A stretch of 64,000 nucleotides of DNA from NCBI GenBank assembly GCA_964508365.1, contig CAZDTP010000001.1, forward strand, positions 1 to 64,000, in the 5' to 3' direction. Below, in pieces: positions 50,371 through 60,407 of this stretch. The position numbers and the translations under genes are program-made. The stretch comes from an uncultured archaeon (GTDB taxonomy: Archaea; Asgardarchaeota; Lokiarchaeia; Sigyniarchaeales; SOKP01). Below the pieces are notes generated by a model that did not search any database, was not told the DNA's origin, and saw nothing but the letters and a program-made list of their open reading frames with translations. Numbering within the stretch: position 1 is the stretch's first letter; each line of letters starts with the position of its first letter.

Positions 50371-52032
50371 CTATTTTATAATTCCATAGATATGTTTATC
50401 TCTGTCGTGTTCTTTAAGAAGTTTCCGGCCTTCCTTATTTGAGAGAGAAAGCGTTATATTGCTTGATCGACTCAATGATCCTGTAAAAACTTCCTGATCA
50501 TCTGCAAACACAATAATATTACTACTAGCGTATACTGGATCTGCATTTATTATTATCTTTTGCTTACTAACTTTGATATCTAGCTCAATTTTTATATCTT
50601 TTTTTTTTTTACTCAAAAACTCTTTTTTAAAGTGCTCCTCACGCATAAAAGAGTCCTTAGGTTCTATAGGGTTAATTGGATTAATGACTATATCTTGACC
50701 AAAAGAATAAATCTCATATGAAAGACGAGTCGTTCTAAAATCTCTAACTTCAACAACGGGTCGTGCCAAATCTTTGTCTCTAAATCCATGAGGCACTTTA
50801 ACTGTCATTTTTATAATCAAAACAGTAGAGATATCCCCTCCTTCAATAAATACGATTGTATCAATAATTGATGGAAGCATACCAAGCTCTATGCGACCAA
50901 TAAAACGCTGTATTGCGTCAATAGCCGATGAAGAATGAACTACTCCGACCATACCAACTCCAGATAAACGAAAATCAGCGTAGATCTGAAAATCTTTTGT
51001 AGTGCGTACTTCGTCAAAAATTGTGAAATCTGGTCGAACGAGGAGTAAAATATCAGCTGAATTTTCAAGACTTCCCTCCAATTTGGTATATTGCGTAATT
51101 TCGGGTTTAACTTGTAAATCTCGGACGCTTTCTAGTGTTTTCACAACTTTTCCTTGTTCTAAATAATAATTTGCTAAAGCTGCTGAGAAAGTACTCTTAC
51201 CTGCACCAGGAGCGCCAGCTACTAAAATACCTTCTGCTTTTTGTAATCTATTATTTAATTTTGCATCAATCGAATAGTCCTTCAATGAAAGCGTAACAAG
51301 TGGATGTACAGCAGTTATTTCAACATCATTTGAAAAAGGAGGTCTAGTTATTACTATTCTAAATTCTCTCAACTGGGCAACTAAAGCACCATTTTTCTCA
51401 ATTTCAACAAACGAGTGATCGTCTTCCCTAACCATCTCTATTATTTCGATTGCTATTTCTTCAACATCTTTGGCAGATAATGGATTATCGCCAATTTTCT
51501 CTAAATACCAGCTTCCTGGGCTACCTTTTTTGGCATAAGGAGGTAATCCTTGCTTTAAATGCACACTCATTGTGGTTTCATCAAAATATTTTAACAATTT
51601 AAGAGAAGAAAGGTCAAATTCTTTTGGAAAGGCTTTTTCCTTTACATACATTATTTGTATTCCTTCAAAAATTCCTACATCTCCTTGAATTCTATCAGCT
51701 GTAATTAAAGTTGCGCCATATTCTAAAGCAGATTTTCTAATAAGCGCATCAAGTTCTCCTCCAGGACTCATTTTAATTTCTTCTCTTGTAGGTCTTTTGC
51801 CCACAATATTAAGCGTAATTTTCTCTTCTTGATGCAATTTTCGTAATTCTTTTAATACATTTAAACCATATGCCCCTATTTCTTTTTGAACATTTGTGCG
51901 AAATTCCACTTCCGCTATGACGACTTCTGAAATGAAAACTTCTGGTTTTTCCCCCAATTCTCCATCTGTAATTAAATTTAAGACGAGACCATTAAATATA
52001 ACAGAAGTATCACACGCGTATTTGTTTGACAT
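50371..52032 (-). CDS. PIN-domain/ATPase protein (archaeal PINA family)
   Basis: DTSV PIN motif, GAPGAGKST Walker A, DEVR Walker B, RPDF.IFDE, A.DAIQRFI.R.ELG. Confidence 0.92.
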   Translation of the reverse strand: MSNKYACDTSVIFNGLVLNLITDGELGEKPEVFISEVVIAEVEFRTNVQKEIGAYGLNVLKELRKLHQEEKITLNIVGKRPTREEIKMSPGGELDALIRKSALEYGATLITADRIQGDVGIFEGIQIMYVKEKAFPKEFDLSSLKLLKYFDETTMSVHLKQGLPPYAKKGSPGSWYLEKIGDNPLSAKDVEEIAIEIIEMVREDDHSFVEIEKNGALVAQLREFRIVITRPPFSNDVEITAVHPLVTLSLKDYSIDAKLNNRLQKAEGILVAGAPGAGKSTFSAALANYYLEQGKVVKTLESVRDLQVKPEITQYTKLEGSLENSADILLLVRPDFTIFDEVRTTKDFQIYADFRLSGVGMVGVVHSSSAIDAIQRFIGRIELGMLPSIIDTIVFIEGGDISTVLIIKMTVKVPHGFRDKDLARPVVEVRDFRTTRLSYEIYSFGQDIVINPINPIEPKDSFMREEHFKKEFLSKKKKDIKIELDIKVSKQKIIINADPVYASSNIIVFADDQEVFTGSLSRSSNITLSLSNKEGRKLLKEHDRDKHIYGIIK

Positions 52033-52033
52033 T

Positions 52034-52639
52034 TCAGTCTTCGTTTTTCTCTACTTTATTAATAATTTCAAATTTATTCACGCTATAATATATTGGCTTA
52101 CTTAGCCTATCGACGGTAGCTACAATAAGATCCTTTCGAGAGCTCATAGCCACGCGAGACATTTTATCCAATTCCCTTAAATCTATAGGATAACCCTCAA
52201 ATACGGGATATATCAAGAATTTAGCGGAATCTTTTTCAAAATCAGCCCCACGTTTATACACCAAAAAATCTATCCCTTCTCCATATCCATTTCTTACGAT
52301 ATATCCTCTTTTTCGCAAATCCATATAAATAATGTACTTTCGCCATAAATTATCATCATATTCCGTGAAATATGTTAGTAAACCCTCAAAATCGTATAGA
52401 TCATTATTCTTATCATTATTTTTGTACAATAAAATCCGATTTCGTTCACATAATAACAGAACTTCTAAAGGCCCTAAAACTAAAATTTCTCCACCCTCGC
52501 TATTCTTTTCAAGCGTGCCAATATATGAATTTCTATAAAACTCTTCAATACAATCTTTGTCAGTAATAATAACTTTTCCTTGGTTAATTACTCCCTCGAA
52601 CTGTACTTTTTCGACCTTTTCATTTGGAGTTTCATTCAT
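52034..52639 (-). CDS. endA: tRNA-intron endonuclease-family subunit
   Basis: L.L.P.E.L.L, Y.DLRKRGY.V, DF.VY, SRK.L motifs; the catalytic His position appears to be Ser. Confidence 0.82.
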   Translation of the reverse strand: MNETPNEKVEKVQFEGVINQGKVIITDKDCIEEFYRNSYIGTLEKNSEGGEILVLGPLEVLLLCERNRILLYKNNDKNNDLYDFEGLLTYFTEYDDNLWRKYIIYMDLRKRGYIVRNGYGEGIDFLVYKRGADFEKDSAKFLIYPVFEGYPIDLRELDKMSRVAMSSRKDLIVATVDRLSKPIYYSVNKFEIINKVEKNED

Positions 52640-52730
52640 ATTCTATTATAACCTAGCAGTTAATAATTAATGAATTTAACGCATTAAATGAAATAAACTT
52701 CAATTATTGATGTAAGATTTATTGAATAAA

Positions 52731-53612
52731 TCATTCAGTAGAATTTATTAGAAATTCTACTAAATTTCCAAGTTTCTTAACATTAGAATAGATTTTGGGA
52801 GCATTTTCTTCCAAGTATGGTTTAAAAACTTCCCAATTTTCTCGTTTTACGAGAGGAGTCCTAGATAATAGATTTCTTACTTCGTTAAAATCGTTAGTGA
52901 AAATTAGTGCGTTATCAGTTTTATTTGCTTTATCGCTTAGAAGAAATAAGTAATAGTCGTTAAGCTCCTGAGGGTTCATGACATTTGGAGGTTTTTTTCC
53001 ATCTCCTGCCTTACTTCCTCTCAGCATACGTGTATCTACTTGAGTAGGTAGAACCATGTTAAAATTAATATTTTCTTTTTTATATTCTAATGCTAATGCA
53101 TTTTGTAAGCCTACTACGGCATATTTACTTGCGGTGTAGGCAGCAAGCTTTGGCATAGGATTCGTAAACGCTGCACTTCCAGTGATAATGAATCTTGATT
53201 TATTATTCTTATCATCTTTCTTAAGATAAGGATAAGCTGCTTTAAAAGCAAAAAATACACCTGATACATTAATAGTCAGTATCTCAGAAAATTTATTACT
53301 ATCAAATTCATGGCTATCCCACATCCTCGAATATCCTGCGTTAGCAATTACTCCATTAAATTCTCCTAAATCCTTATGAAATACCTTAAATGCGTCTTCA
53401 ATTTCTTCATATTTAGTCACATCTGAGGTTTTAACTGATACCTTTACTCCAGTTCCTAAATTAATAATCTCATCTTTAACTTCATTTAATTCATCAATAG
53501 TTCTTGCAGTAAGACCAAGGTTTGCACCTTCTTTTGCACAAGCGATAGCTACAGATTTTCCTATACCTCTTCCCGATCCTGTGATTACTATGGTTTTCCC
53601 TTTTAATAACAT
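52731..53612 (-). CDS. Short-chain dehydrogenase/reductase
   Basis: TGSGRGIG, NAG, YTASK motifs. Confidence 0.92.
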   Translation of the reverse strand: MLLKGKTIVITGSGRGIGKSVAIACAKEGANLGLTARTIDELNEVKDEIINLGTGVKVSVKTSDVTKYEEIEDAFKVFHKDLGEFNGVIANAGYSRMWDSHEFDSNKFSEILTINVSGVFFAFKAAYPYLKKDDKNNKSRFIITGSAAFTNPMPKLAAYTASKYAVVGLQNALALEYKKENINFNMVLPTQVDTRMLRGSKAGDGKKPPNVMNPQELNDYYLFLLSDKANKTDNALIFTNDFNEVRNLLSRTPLVKRENWEVFKPYLEENAPKIYSNVKKLGNLVEFLINSTE

Positions 53613-53721
53613 AATAAAAAAATAGAAGAGTAAAAAAAAAAATTAACTAAAATTTATTCTTATATTTTTTTTTATAGAAATGCAAAAATTAATGTTCAGT
53701 TATACAATTTATCACCTAGCC

Positions 53722-54291
53722 ATGGAAAATTTATATGAAAAACTCTTGAAAAGACTTAAAGGCGTTAAAAACATAGTTTTTATGGGGATTGGAGAGGAGA
53801 AATTAAGCGATGACGGCGTTGGACCCTATATTATCAGTGAACTTTTAGATTATTCAAGCAAAAAAATTCTATTCATAAACGCTGGAACAGATCCCATGGC
53901 TCGAATTGATGATGTCGTAACTTTTAAACCAACTTATCTAATCCTTATAGACACCTGTACTGTAAATAAGCCCCCTGGAATGGTTACGATATTGGAACGT
54001 GAAAGCATTAAGGAATATGTGCCAATATCTACACATACTATTCCTGTACACGTAGTAATTGATTTAATTGTTGAAAAATTACCAGAATTAAATATCTTTA
54101 TGATTGGATTTGTTCCGGAAAGTCTTGAGGGTTTTAAAGAGTTAAAACTATACAAACAAGATGATTTGACTCTCGAGGAGCGATCAAATAACATTGATCT
54201 ACCTTTTTTTGAAATAAATCTAACTAAAACATTAAAAACTGAAGCAGATAAACTAATAGAAATAATTAAGAAATTAATTGACTCCATTTAA
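53722..54291 (+). CDS. Hydrogenase maturation protease (HycI-like)
   Basis: GIGE....DDGVG, ILID, STH motifs; ATG at 53722 (MENL) preferred. Confidence 0.82.
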   Translation: MENLYEKLLKRLKGVKNIVFMGIGEEKLSDDGVGPYIISELLDYSSKKILFINAGTDPMARIDDVVTFKPTYLILIDTCTVNKPPGMVTILERESIKEYVPISTHTIPVHVVIDLIVEKLPELNIFMIGFVPESLEGFKELKLYKQDDLTLEERSNNIDLPFFEINLTKTLKTEADKLIEIIKKLIDSI

Positions 54292-54306
54292 GGTTTGAGT
54301 ATCATT

Positions 54307-54489
54307 CTAAGATTCTTTAGTGTAATGGTTTACGATAATATTTATTGTATTTGAAAAAATTTGTTTTTCCTCGTCATTTAGTTCTTTTTTTAATCTTTCA
54401 AGAAACTTTATAACCTTGTCAGCTTCTCTTATGTTTCTCACATGATCAGAACCCTCTTTATTTAACGAGCCACCCCATGCCATTATCAT
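54307..54489 (-). CDS. Small hypothetical protein
   Basis: 60-aa ORF 20 nt downstream of the flavoprotein gene on the same strand; charged helical composition. Confidence 0.5.
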   Translation of the reverse strand: MIMAWGGSLNKEGSDHVRNIREADKVIKFLERLKKELNDEEKQIFSNTINIIVNHYTKES

Positions 54490-54509
54490 ACCTTCTAAAT
54501 CTATATTTT

Positions 54510-55901
54510 TTATTTATTTGGATCTTCAGTTACCTTCAAGAATGGGCGGAGAAATTCTTGCTTCATGTTGATTTTATTCCTAACCTTATCTATTCTCATT
54601 AATGGAATCAATTTTTCGTTCAATTTTTTTGCGCGTTCGTCATTTTGCGGGAAAGTGTCATAAAATCCATGTTTTTCGTAGTATTCGTGATCGGCTAGAA
54701 ATACAAATCGATTTCTTCCATAGATATCATCTCGAAATATTTTTTTACCTCCTTCTCCTAAAAAAGTTATTGGTTTTATGTAATCTGCTTTGGAAAATGT
54801 AACTAATCTCCTAGCAAAATCGAGCAGTAAGGCATCTATGTCTTCTGATGTTCCAAATTCATCAGTAATAATGTCTACAAAATTTGAGTCTTGAATTTCT
54901 ACATGAGCTTGAAACATTTGAGCAAGATTTGGAATTTGATTAAAAGGGCCAGAAATAATGTAACCCATCTGTTTTCCTATTAGAGTTGGTGTATGAGTCA
55001 TATAGAAAGCCCGATCTTGAACCATCTTCCATCTTGATGAAAGATATCTATCTTTAATTACGCCAGCAAAAACAAGAATATCCGAAGTCATAACTACATT
55101 TTCCCAGAATTCGATAAAACCATCCTTTCCCAAATAGGAACATTTATGATCGTAACCACATTGTAGACATGAGATACATCCCCCTTTAATATCGATATCA
55201 TATAAATTTATGATTTCAATCTCGCTTGAAAAAGAGTCTTTAAACCTTTTAATCATTTTTCCTAAATTGGAGTTTTCGTTAGTCTCATCACTAAGAATAA
55301 GAATTTTTTTACCATGCGTATCGATTTTCTTTGAATCATCTAATATTTTGCCAGGAGTATATTTAAAGTCTCTCATATTTAAAGGAGCGTAGTGTTTTGA
55401 AGTAGGATATTTATTTTCAACATGTTTTATAAATTCCTCAACGAATAAAAGCCATCCTGCTCGTCGTTTGGGGTAAAGAAGATCCCAACTGTCTGCAGAA
55501 TAATAACCCACATACTTCATTTTAAGGTCATCACAGATACTATTCATATAATTCTGGGCAGTATGATCGTAGAAATGAATAGAGGTTGATAAGACAAAAG
55601 TATATTTATTTTCGAATGCGGTTTCAGAATTTCTTTCGAAAATTAATTCAATAAACCGCTTATATTGGGAGCAAACTAGCATTACATATAAGGGAAAACC
55701 CCATATTACACCGTCTGATTCTTTTACCTGAAGGATAATGTCTTCGAATCTCTTTTCGTCATTTTCAATCTTTTTAATTGTTTGTGCGATGTTTATTATA
55801 TTATATTCATGTTCCGGATGTTTTTTCTTAATGTATAAAATGTATTGCATGGTTACAGATTCTCTCCCCTTTGGCGAACCGTTGAGTATTATGAACTTCA
55901 T
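54510..55901 (-). CDS. Tandem flavodoxin-fold NAD(P)H-dependent / iron-sulfur flavoprotein
   Basis: LNGSPKG..S.T, P.Y...V..Q.K.FIE; second domain carries CISCLQC.....C. Confidence 0.85.
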   Translation of the reverse strand: MKFIILNGSPKGRESVTMQYILYIKKKHPEHEYNIINIAQTIKKIENDEKRFEDIILQVKESDGVIWGFPLYVMLVCSQYKRFIELIFERNSETAFENKYTFVLSTSIHFYDHTAQNYMNSICDDLKMKYVGYYSADSWDLLYPKRRAGWLLFVEEFIKHVENKYPTSKHYAPLNMRDFKYTPGKILDDSKKIDTHGKKILILSDETNENSNLGKMIKRFKDSFSSEIEIINLYDIDIKGGCISCLQCGYDHKCSYLGKDGFIEFWENVVMTSDILVFAGVIKDRYLSSRWKMVQDRAFYMTHTPTLIGKQMGYIISGPFNQIPNLAQMFQAHVEIQDSNFVDIITDEFGTSEDIDALLLDFARRLVTFSKADYIKPITFLGEGGKKIFRDDIYGRNRFVFLADHEYYEKHGFYDTFPQNDERAKKLNEKLIPLMRIDKVRNKINMKQEFLRPFLKVTEDPNK

Positions 55902-56202
55902 AGTTTTTTAATCGTTCTCAAGTATTTTTATTTTTAATCTCCATATGTTTGGAAATTAAAATTCTGTTTTAAAAATTATCATTAAGTATTTTAAAAATCA
56001 ATTTAAATTTTGGTTGCTTGTAGATTTTTAAAACGATTCCCATTTATAGTTTAAAATTTAAAATTTCACTATTCTTAAATTTTAACTCGAAGGTCATTTT
56101 TTAAATTGAATTAAAATTTGAATGTACCGTTAATATCGATGGAAAATTTCAGAATTTACTTTATCTTCCGATAAAGAAATAATCTATTTGAATGAAAAAA
56201 AG

Positions 56203-56928
56203 TTATTTTTTATTAAGAAATATTTTTTTGACTATCTTAGGTAAGATAAACCCAATATAGAATTCTATTGCGCTTGAAATTAAGATAATCCTCGCTATCG
56301 TAAGAGTGACTATATTTAAAGGTAGAGCGGCATCCATTACTGCACCAATGGCCCATGAAACAAATGCAACTGTCAGAAATTTACCTTTAAGAGTTATTTC
56401 TGAATCTTCTGATTTCATGGATTCACGACCAAAAAATAATCCCGTAACTAAAACAGTTAAAACAATAAATATGGCCCAAAGTAACACTACTCCTCTATAA
56501 GTCACATCTAAATCTCCAGAAAGGCTTCCAATAACAGTTGGATCAATAGTAAGGAAATAAACGAAATATATCTCAAACATTAACCCAACTATTATATATA
56601 TTATCATCAATAGTTTTTTTCTATTCTGGAATTTAAATTCCGTAAAGGAATATATCCAGATTACTAAAATTAAAGGAGATGCGATATTTCCGATTGCAAA
56701 ATAGGTAACTGAATCAATTCCAGTAGTCGTGATAAGATATTTCAAAAATGATACCGTGCTAGGAAGCCAGGGTGTTGTTAAACCAATCCAAGTTATTCCG
56801 ATCAATAAATAGGTCACATTTCGGAACTGGCGATATTTTGATGCAATAGTAATTCCTACTATCATTGATATAAGCACAAAAATGAGGCTAAAACTACCAT
56901 TTAAAATTTCTAAAGGTTCAAGACTCAT
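56203..56928 (-). CDS. 7-TM membrane protein of unknown function
   Basis: Seven hydrophobic segments counted by eye; no soluble domain. Confidence 0.75.
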   Translation of the reverse strand: MSLEPLEILNGSFSLIFVLISMIVGITIASKYRQFRNVTYLLIGITWIGLTTPWLPSTVSFLKYLITTTGIDSVTYFAIGNIASPLILVIWIYSFTEFKFQNRKKLLMIIYIIVGLMFEIYFVYFLTIDPTVIGSLSGDLDVTYRGVVLLWAIFIVLTVLVTGLFFGRESMKSEDSEITLKGKFLTVAFVSWAIGAVMDAALPLNIVTLTIARIILISSAIEFYIGFILPKIVKKIFLNKK

Positions 56929-57102
56929 TCTACATCATAATTTGTTATAATTATTCATTAAAAGTTAGAATTACTAACATAATAAAATTAAGAGTATAAA
57001 AGCTTCATTAAAATGTTTTCTAGACAAATGAATTGTTTATGAACTTATAATATAACTCTTATCGCTATAGATTTTAATTTTTGTTTTATTATACTTTAAT
57101 GT

Positions 57103-58329
57103 CTAATTTATTAGGTTCCATGAGGAAACTAAGATAATTAACGCTAGGATTGCAATACAACATAATCCAATCCAAGATAATAAAGCATTTTTTACATAGT
57201 TAATTTTGAACTTGACCGCTTCATGGGGACATAATTCTACGCAACAGAAACAAGTAATACACTTATTCTTATCCCATTTTGGAATATTTCCTTTTTTTAT
57301 CTCATCAGGCGGTGTAATCGCATTAACTGGGCAATTAGTCCAGCAAGTAGAACACAACTTGCATTTCTCTTTATTGAACTTTACTGAGGCTTTAAATATT
57401 GTTTTTCCAATATAATTTGCCAACCATTTTGGTAAAGGCATTGATATTGGTCGAAGTTTTGGGCGTTTAAATTGTCGAAAAACAGATTCAATAGGCTCTC
57501 CGAGAAATTCTACGCTTTCTAAGTCAGTAGTTCCCAATTTCTTTTTTTCAGCTTTTTCTAAATACAATATTTCTTCTGGTTCAAATCCAATTATTTTACA
57601 CACTGCAGTATCAAGAGCAACGCCATCATATCCGGCTAAAATTATATCTAATTTAATCACATCGCCGCTAGAGGGACCTTGGCCTTCTTGACAGTAGTAC
57701 CCATCTATAACCGTTAATTGCGGTTTAGATATTGAATATATATCTACTAATGCCGAACAAAATCGCTCCAAGATTGCTGCTTGAGCATGGGTTTTAGCTT
57801 TATTTGCCAGAAGCACGGTCCCAAACATATTTTTAATACAGCATGTTAAGGTGCATTGCGAGTGGGTTTTAATTTTAGGAATGTTAATGATCAAATCTGC
57901 TTCTTTAATCAAAAGAGAACTCGATATCTCTTTCAATTCGAAAGGATCTTTGACTTCATAAATTACACGCTCAGTTTTTTCAAAAGGTATACAGATTGCT
58001 CCTTCTTCTTCGCAAATATCCTGGATACCACTTTCTTTCATGGCTGTTTCTGTAATCCCGGGTTTTTGACCCCCAGCAGAATCACTTACGTAAATTTTTG
58101 ATGGATTGAATTTTTTTACCCATTGAATCACAGCCCGAACAACTTCTGGATGAGTATTAACTGCTCTCTCAGCTGGTTTACCCATTAAGATATTCGGTTT
58201 TAATAGCACTACCATATTATCTTTTTGCATTAGTTGTTGAGCATTAATAAGTTCAAGTGCTGAAAAAACAGATGATTTTACATCCTCATTTTTAATTTTC
58301 TGAATAGCTACTTTGGTTATATAACCCAT
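57103..58329 (-). CDS. DUF362-domain protein with 2x[4Fe-4S] ferredoxin domain
   Basis: LKPN, T.PE, INIPK.KTH, T..IKN.FG, CKLCSTCWTNCP and CITCFCCVELCP motifs. Confidence 0.9.
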   Translation of the reverse strand: MGYITKVAIQKIKNEDVKSSVFSALELINAQQLMQKDNMVVLLKPNILMGKPAERAVNTHPEVVRAVIQWVKKFNPSKIYVSDSAGGQKPGITETAMKESGIQDICEEEGAICIPFEKTERVIYEVKDPFELKEISSSLLIKEADLIINIPKIKTHSQCTLTCCIKNMFGTVLLANKAKTHAQAAILERFCSALVDIYSISKPQLTVIDGYYCQEGQGPSSGDVIKLDIILAGYDGVALDTAVCKIIGFEPEEILYLEKAEKKKLGTTDLESVEFLGEPIESVFRQFKRPKLRPISMPLPKWLANYIGKTIFKASVKFNKEKCKLCSTCWTNCPVNAITPPDEIKKGNIPKWDKNKCITCFCCVELCPHEAVKFKINYVKNALLSWIGLCCIAILALIILVSSWNLIN

Positions 58330-58408
58330 AATTAGTATTCATTTGTAGAAAGTTAAAAGATTTAGCAAAATAAAATAGAAAGAGAAAAAAATATTTAAAA
58401 CTTATATT

Positions 58409-58660
58409 TTATCCGCCAGCCTGCGTAGCCATTACGGTAATTACATCCTTTTTTGGATGAATTCCTATTTTAGCGAACTTTAACTGGTCAGGAAGTACTT
58501 TTCCTTTAAAGATAAATTGAATAGCAAGAATAGGATTAAGTTTATATTCCCGTTGAACCGTTTTTTTAATTTCTGCTATAGATTGGTTTGGATCTACTTC
58601 AATTAATTTAATAGCCTGATCTGGTGGAACACCAGTTAATCTAAAGCGATATTGGGTCGT
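58409..58660 (-). CDS. Ubiquitin-like (beta-grasp) protein ending in GG, ~83 aa (absent from ORF track; non-canonical start)
   Basis: TTQYRFRLTGVPPDQAIKLIEVDPNQSIAEIKKTVQREYKLNPILAIQFIFKGKVLPDQLKFAKIGIHPKKDVITVMATQAGG*. Has ubiquitin-like I..IK, IF.GK.L.D and C-terminal GG. Confidence 0.88.
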   Translation of the reverse strand, partial: TTQYRFRLTGVPPDQAIKLIEVDPNQSIAEIKKTVQREYKLNPILAIQFIFKGKVLPDQLKFAKIGIHPKKDVITVMATQAGG

Positions 58661-58901
58661 GAGTTTTTCACATCCTTTTTAGTTGTATTTTTTTTTACAT
58701 TATTTAAATTATTACTATAATAATGTGAAAATTTTTAATTAAAAACAAAGGTATTTTTGATTAAATTGAAGTTTAGTTGGTTAAGAATGTATTTTTAGAT
58801 AAAACAAGGTCCAGATTCATAATTCCTTAAAGTCAATCTACCTAAAACTAAAGTATAAGTATAACCAAAAGTATAAATTTCTAAATATCTTTTTAATATT
58901 T

Positions 58902-60254
58902 ATGTCTAAATTCGTGGTAACTGCTAAAGTAAAGGAAAAAGTTTTATCAGAAATAAAAAAAATTGATCAAAACGATTTGCGGATTCTTTATTTATTACGG
59001 AATTTAGGACCATTGCGATTTACGAATATTATAGAATATTCTGGTTTGAGTAGATCTACAGTATCTAAATATATAAAGTTCCATATCTCTAAAAATAATG
59101 TTGAAAAAAAAATTTATAGAAATCCTTCAAAGAACATCCAAGAACAGCGCTATTTTATAACAGATTTAGGTACTGAAAAGCTTGGTGAGGATTATATTAG
59201 TAATGATGAATCAATTAATTTTAGTGAAATTAATGATCTTATTTTGAACCTTTCTGAATTAAAAAACTTTTACAAAGAAATTAGCGTTGCAGAATCTATA
59301 ATAACAGATATCACTCGAAATATTATTAATATGGGTGAAAATTATTTTTTTATAGAACAAAATCGTGATTTATATCTTACGCTCTTTTACATCTACAACA
59401 ATTCCGTTCTAACAAGAGATTTCAAATTTGAGATTATAGAATTCTGTAAACACTATAATGTAAAGAAATTAAGAATAGATTTTTATGTAGATCGCCTTTT
59501 ATCCAGCGATTTAGGATTATATATGTTTAGTCGGGGTGAAGATAAATTCTTTTTTCACAGAGAAGATGTACTAGGCGTTACGACCATACGATTAATTAAA
59601 GATAATTTGATAAACGAGATTGTTGAGTTGAGCATAGCTGAAGAAAAAATGATCTCTGACTTAGATTTAGATAAATTATCTGAAGATATAACTGAGAAAT
59701 TATTAGAAATGGAATTAATATGGGATATAAACGAATCTCAAGGGATCAGCGGAATAAAAGAGCCATTTGAAATGTTGGTTGAGAAAATGATAATTAAATA
59801 TGCTCTAGAGATGGGTATTCCAAGAACATCACTGATGGATATTGCGTTACAGTCTAAAAAACTGTTAAAAGCAGTAGGTGGAAAGAACTCTTTATATAAT
59901 ATTATAAACGATTCTGAGCGATATGAAGATTTAAATCTAATTTCAATCTCAGAATCTGAGGAGACCGAATTATTTCAAAGTCTAAAGTTACTACGCGGTT
60001 TTTGCCCAAAATGTGGTAAAACAGTGTTAAAAAATGATCTATCAAATATATGTGTTAGATGCGGATTAAACTTCGAAAACTATGAATTAATAAAGGATAT
60101 TGAGGCAGCAAGTGATTTAAGTGTTGCATATAAAATTACATCTATTGAAGGAGAAAAAGAAATTGAATGTCCTAATCCAAATTGCAATTATTATGTAAAA
60201 CCAAGTTGGGTTGAGTGCCCTGAGTGCCTTACTCCTTTGAGAAAAAAAATGTAA
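58902..60254 (+). CDS. Winged-helix regulator-like protein with C-terminal zinc ribbons
   Basis: N-terminal L.F..I...SGLSRSTVSKY HTH; CPKC/CVRC and CPNPNC/CPEC motifs. Confidence 0.8.
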   Translation: MSKFVVTAKVKEKVLSEIKKIDQNDLRILYLLRNLGPLRFTNIIEYSGLSRSTVSKYIKFHISKNNVEKKIYRNPSKNIQEQRYFITDLGTEKLGEDYISNDESINFSEINDLILNLSELKNFYKEISVAESIITDITRNIINMGENYFFIEQNRDLYLTLFYIYNNSVLTRDFKFEIIEFCKHYNVKKLRIDFYVDRLLSSDLGLYMFSRGEDKFFFHREDVLGVTTIRLIKDNLINEIVELSIAEEKMISDLDLDKLSEDITEKLLEMELIWDINESQGISGIKEPFEMLVEKMIIKYALEMGIPRTSLMDIALQSKKLLKAVGGKNSLYNIINDSERYEDLNLISISESEETELFQSLKLLRGFCPKCGKTVLKNDLSNICVRCGLNFENYELIKDIEAASDLSVAYKITSIEGEKEIECPNPNCNYYVKPSWVECPECLTPLRKKM

Positions 60255-60407
60255 TAGCAATAGTTAACTCAATAATAATCTAATTTTATTGCAGACTGTT
60301 ATCATTTAAAAATTAAAAAAAACTGAGATTTTTAGTAACTGATTTATATTGTCAGTTAGACATTAAATCCATCCATTCTATTGCCATATAATTAATTCCA
60401 TTTTATT

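Noticed and set aside
53722-54291. Hydrogenase operon
   Set aside because: Only an orphan maturation protease is present; there are no hydrogenase subunits or hyp genes in the window.
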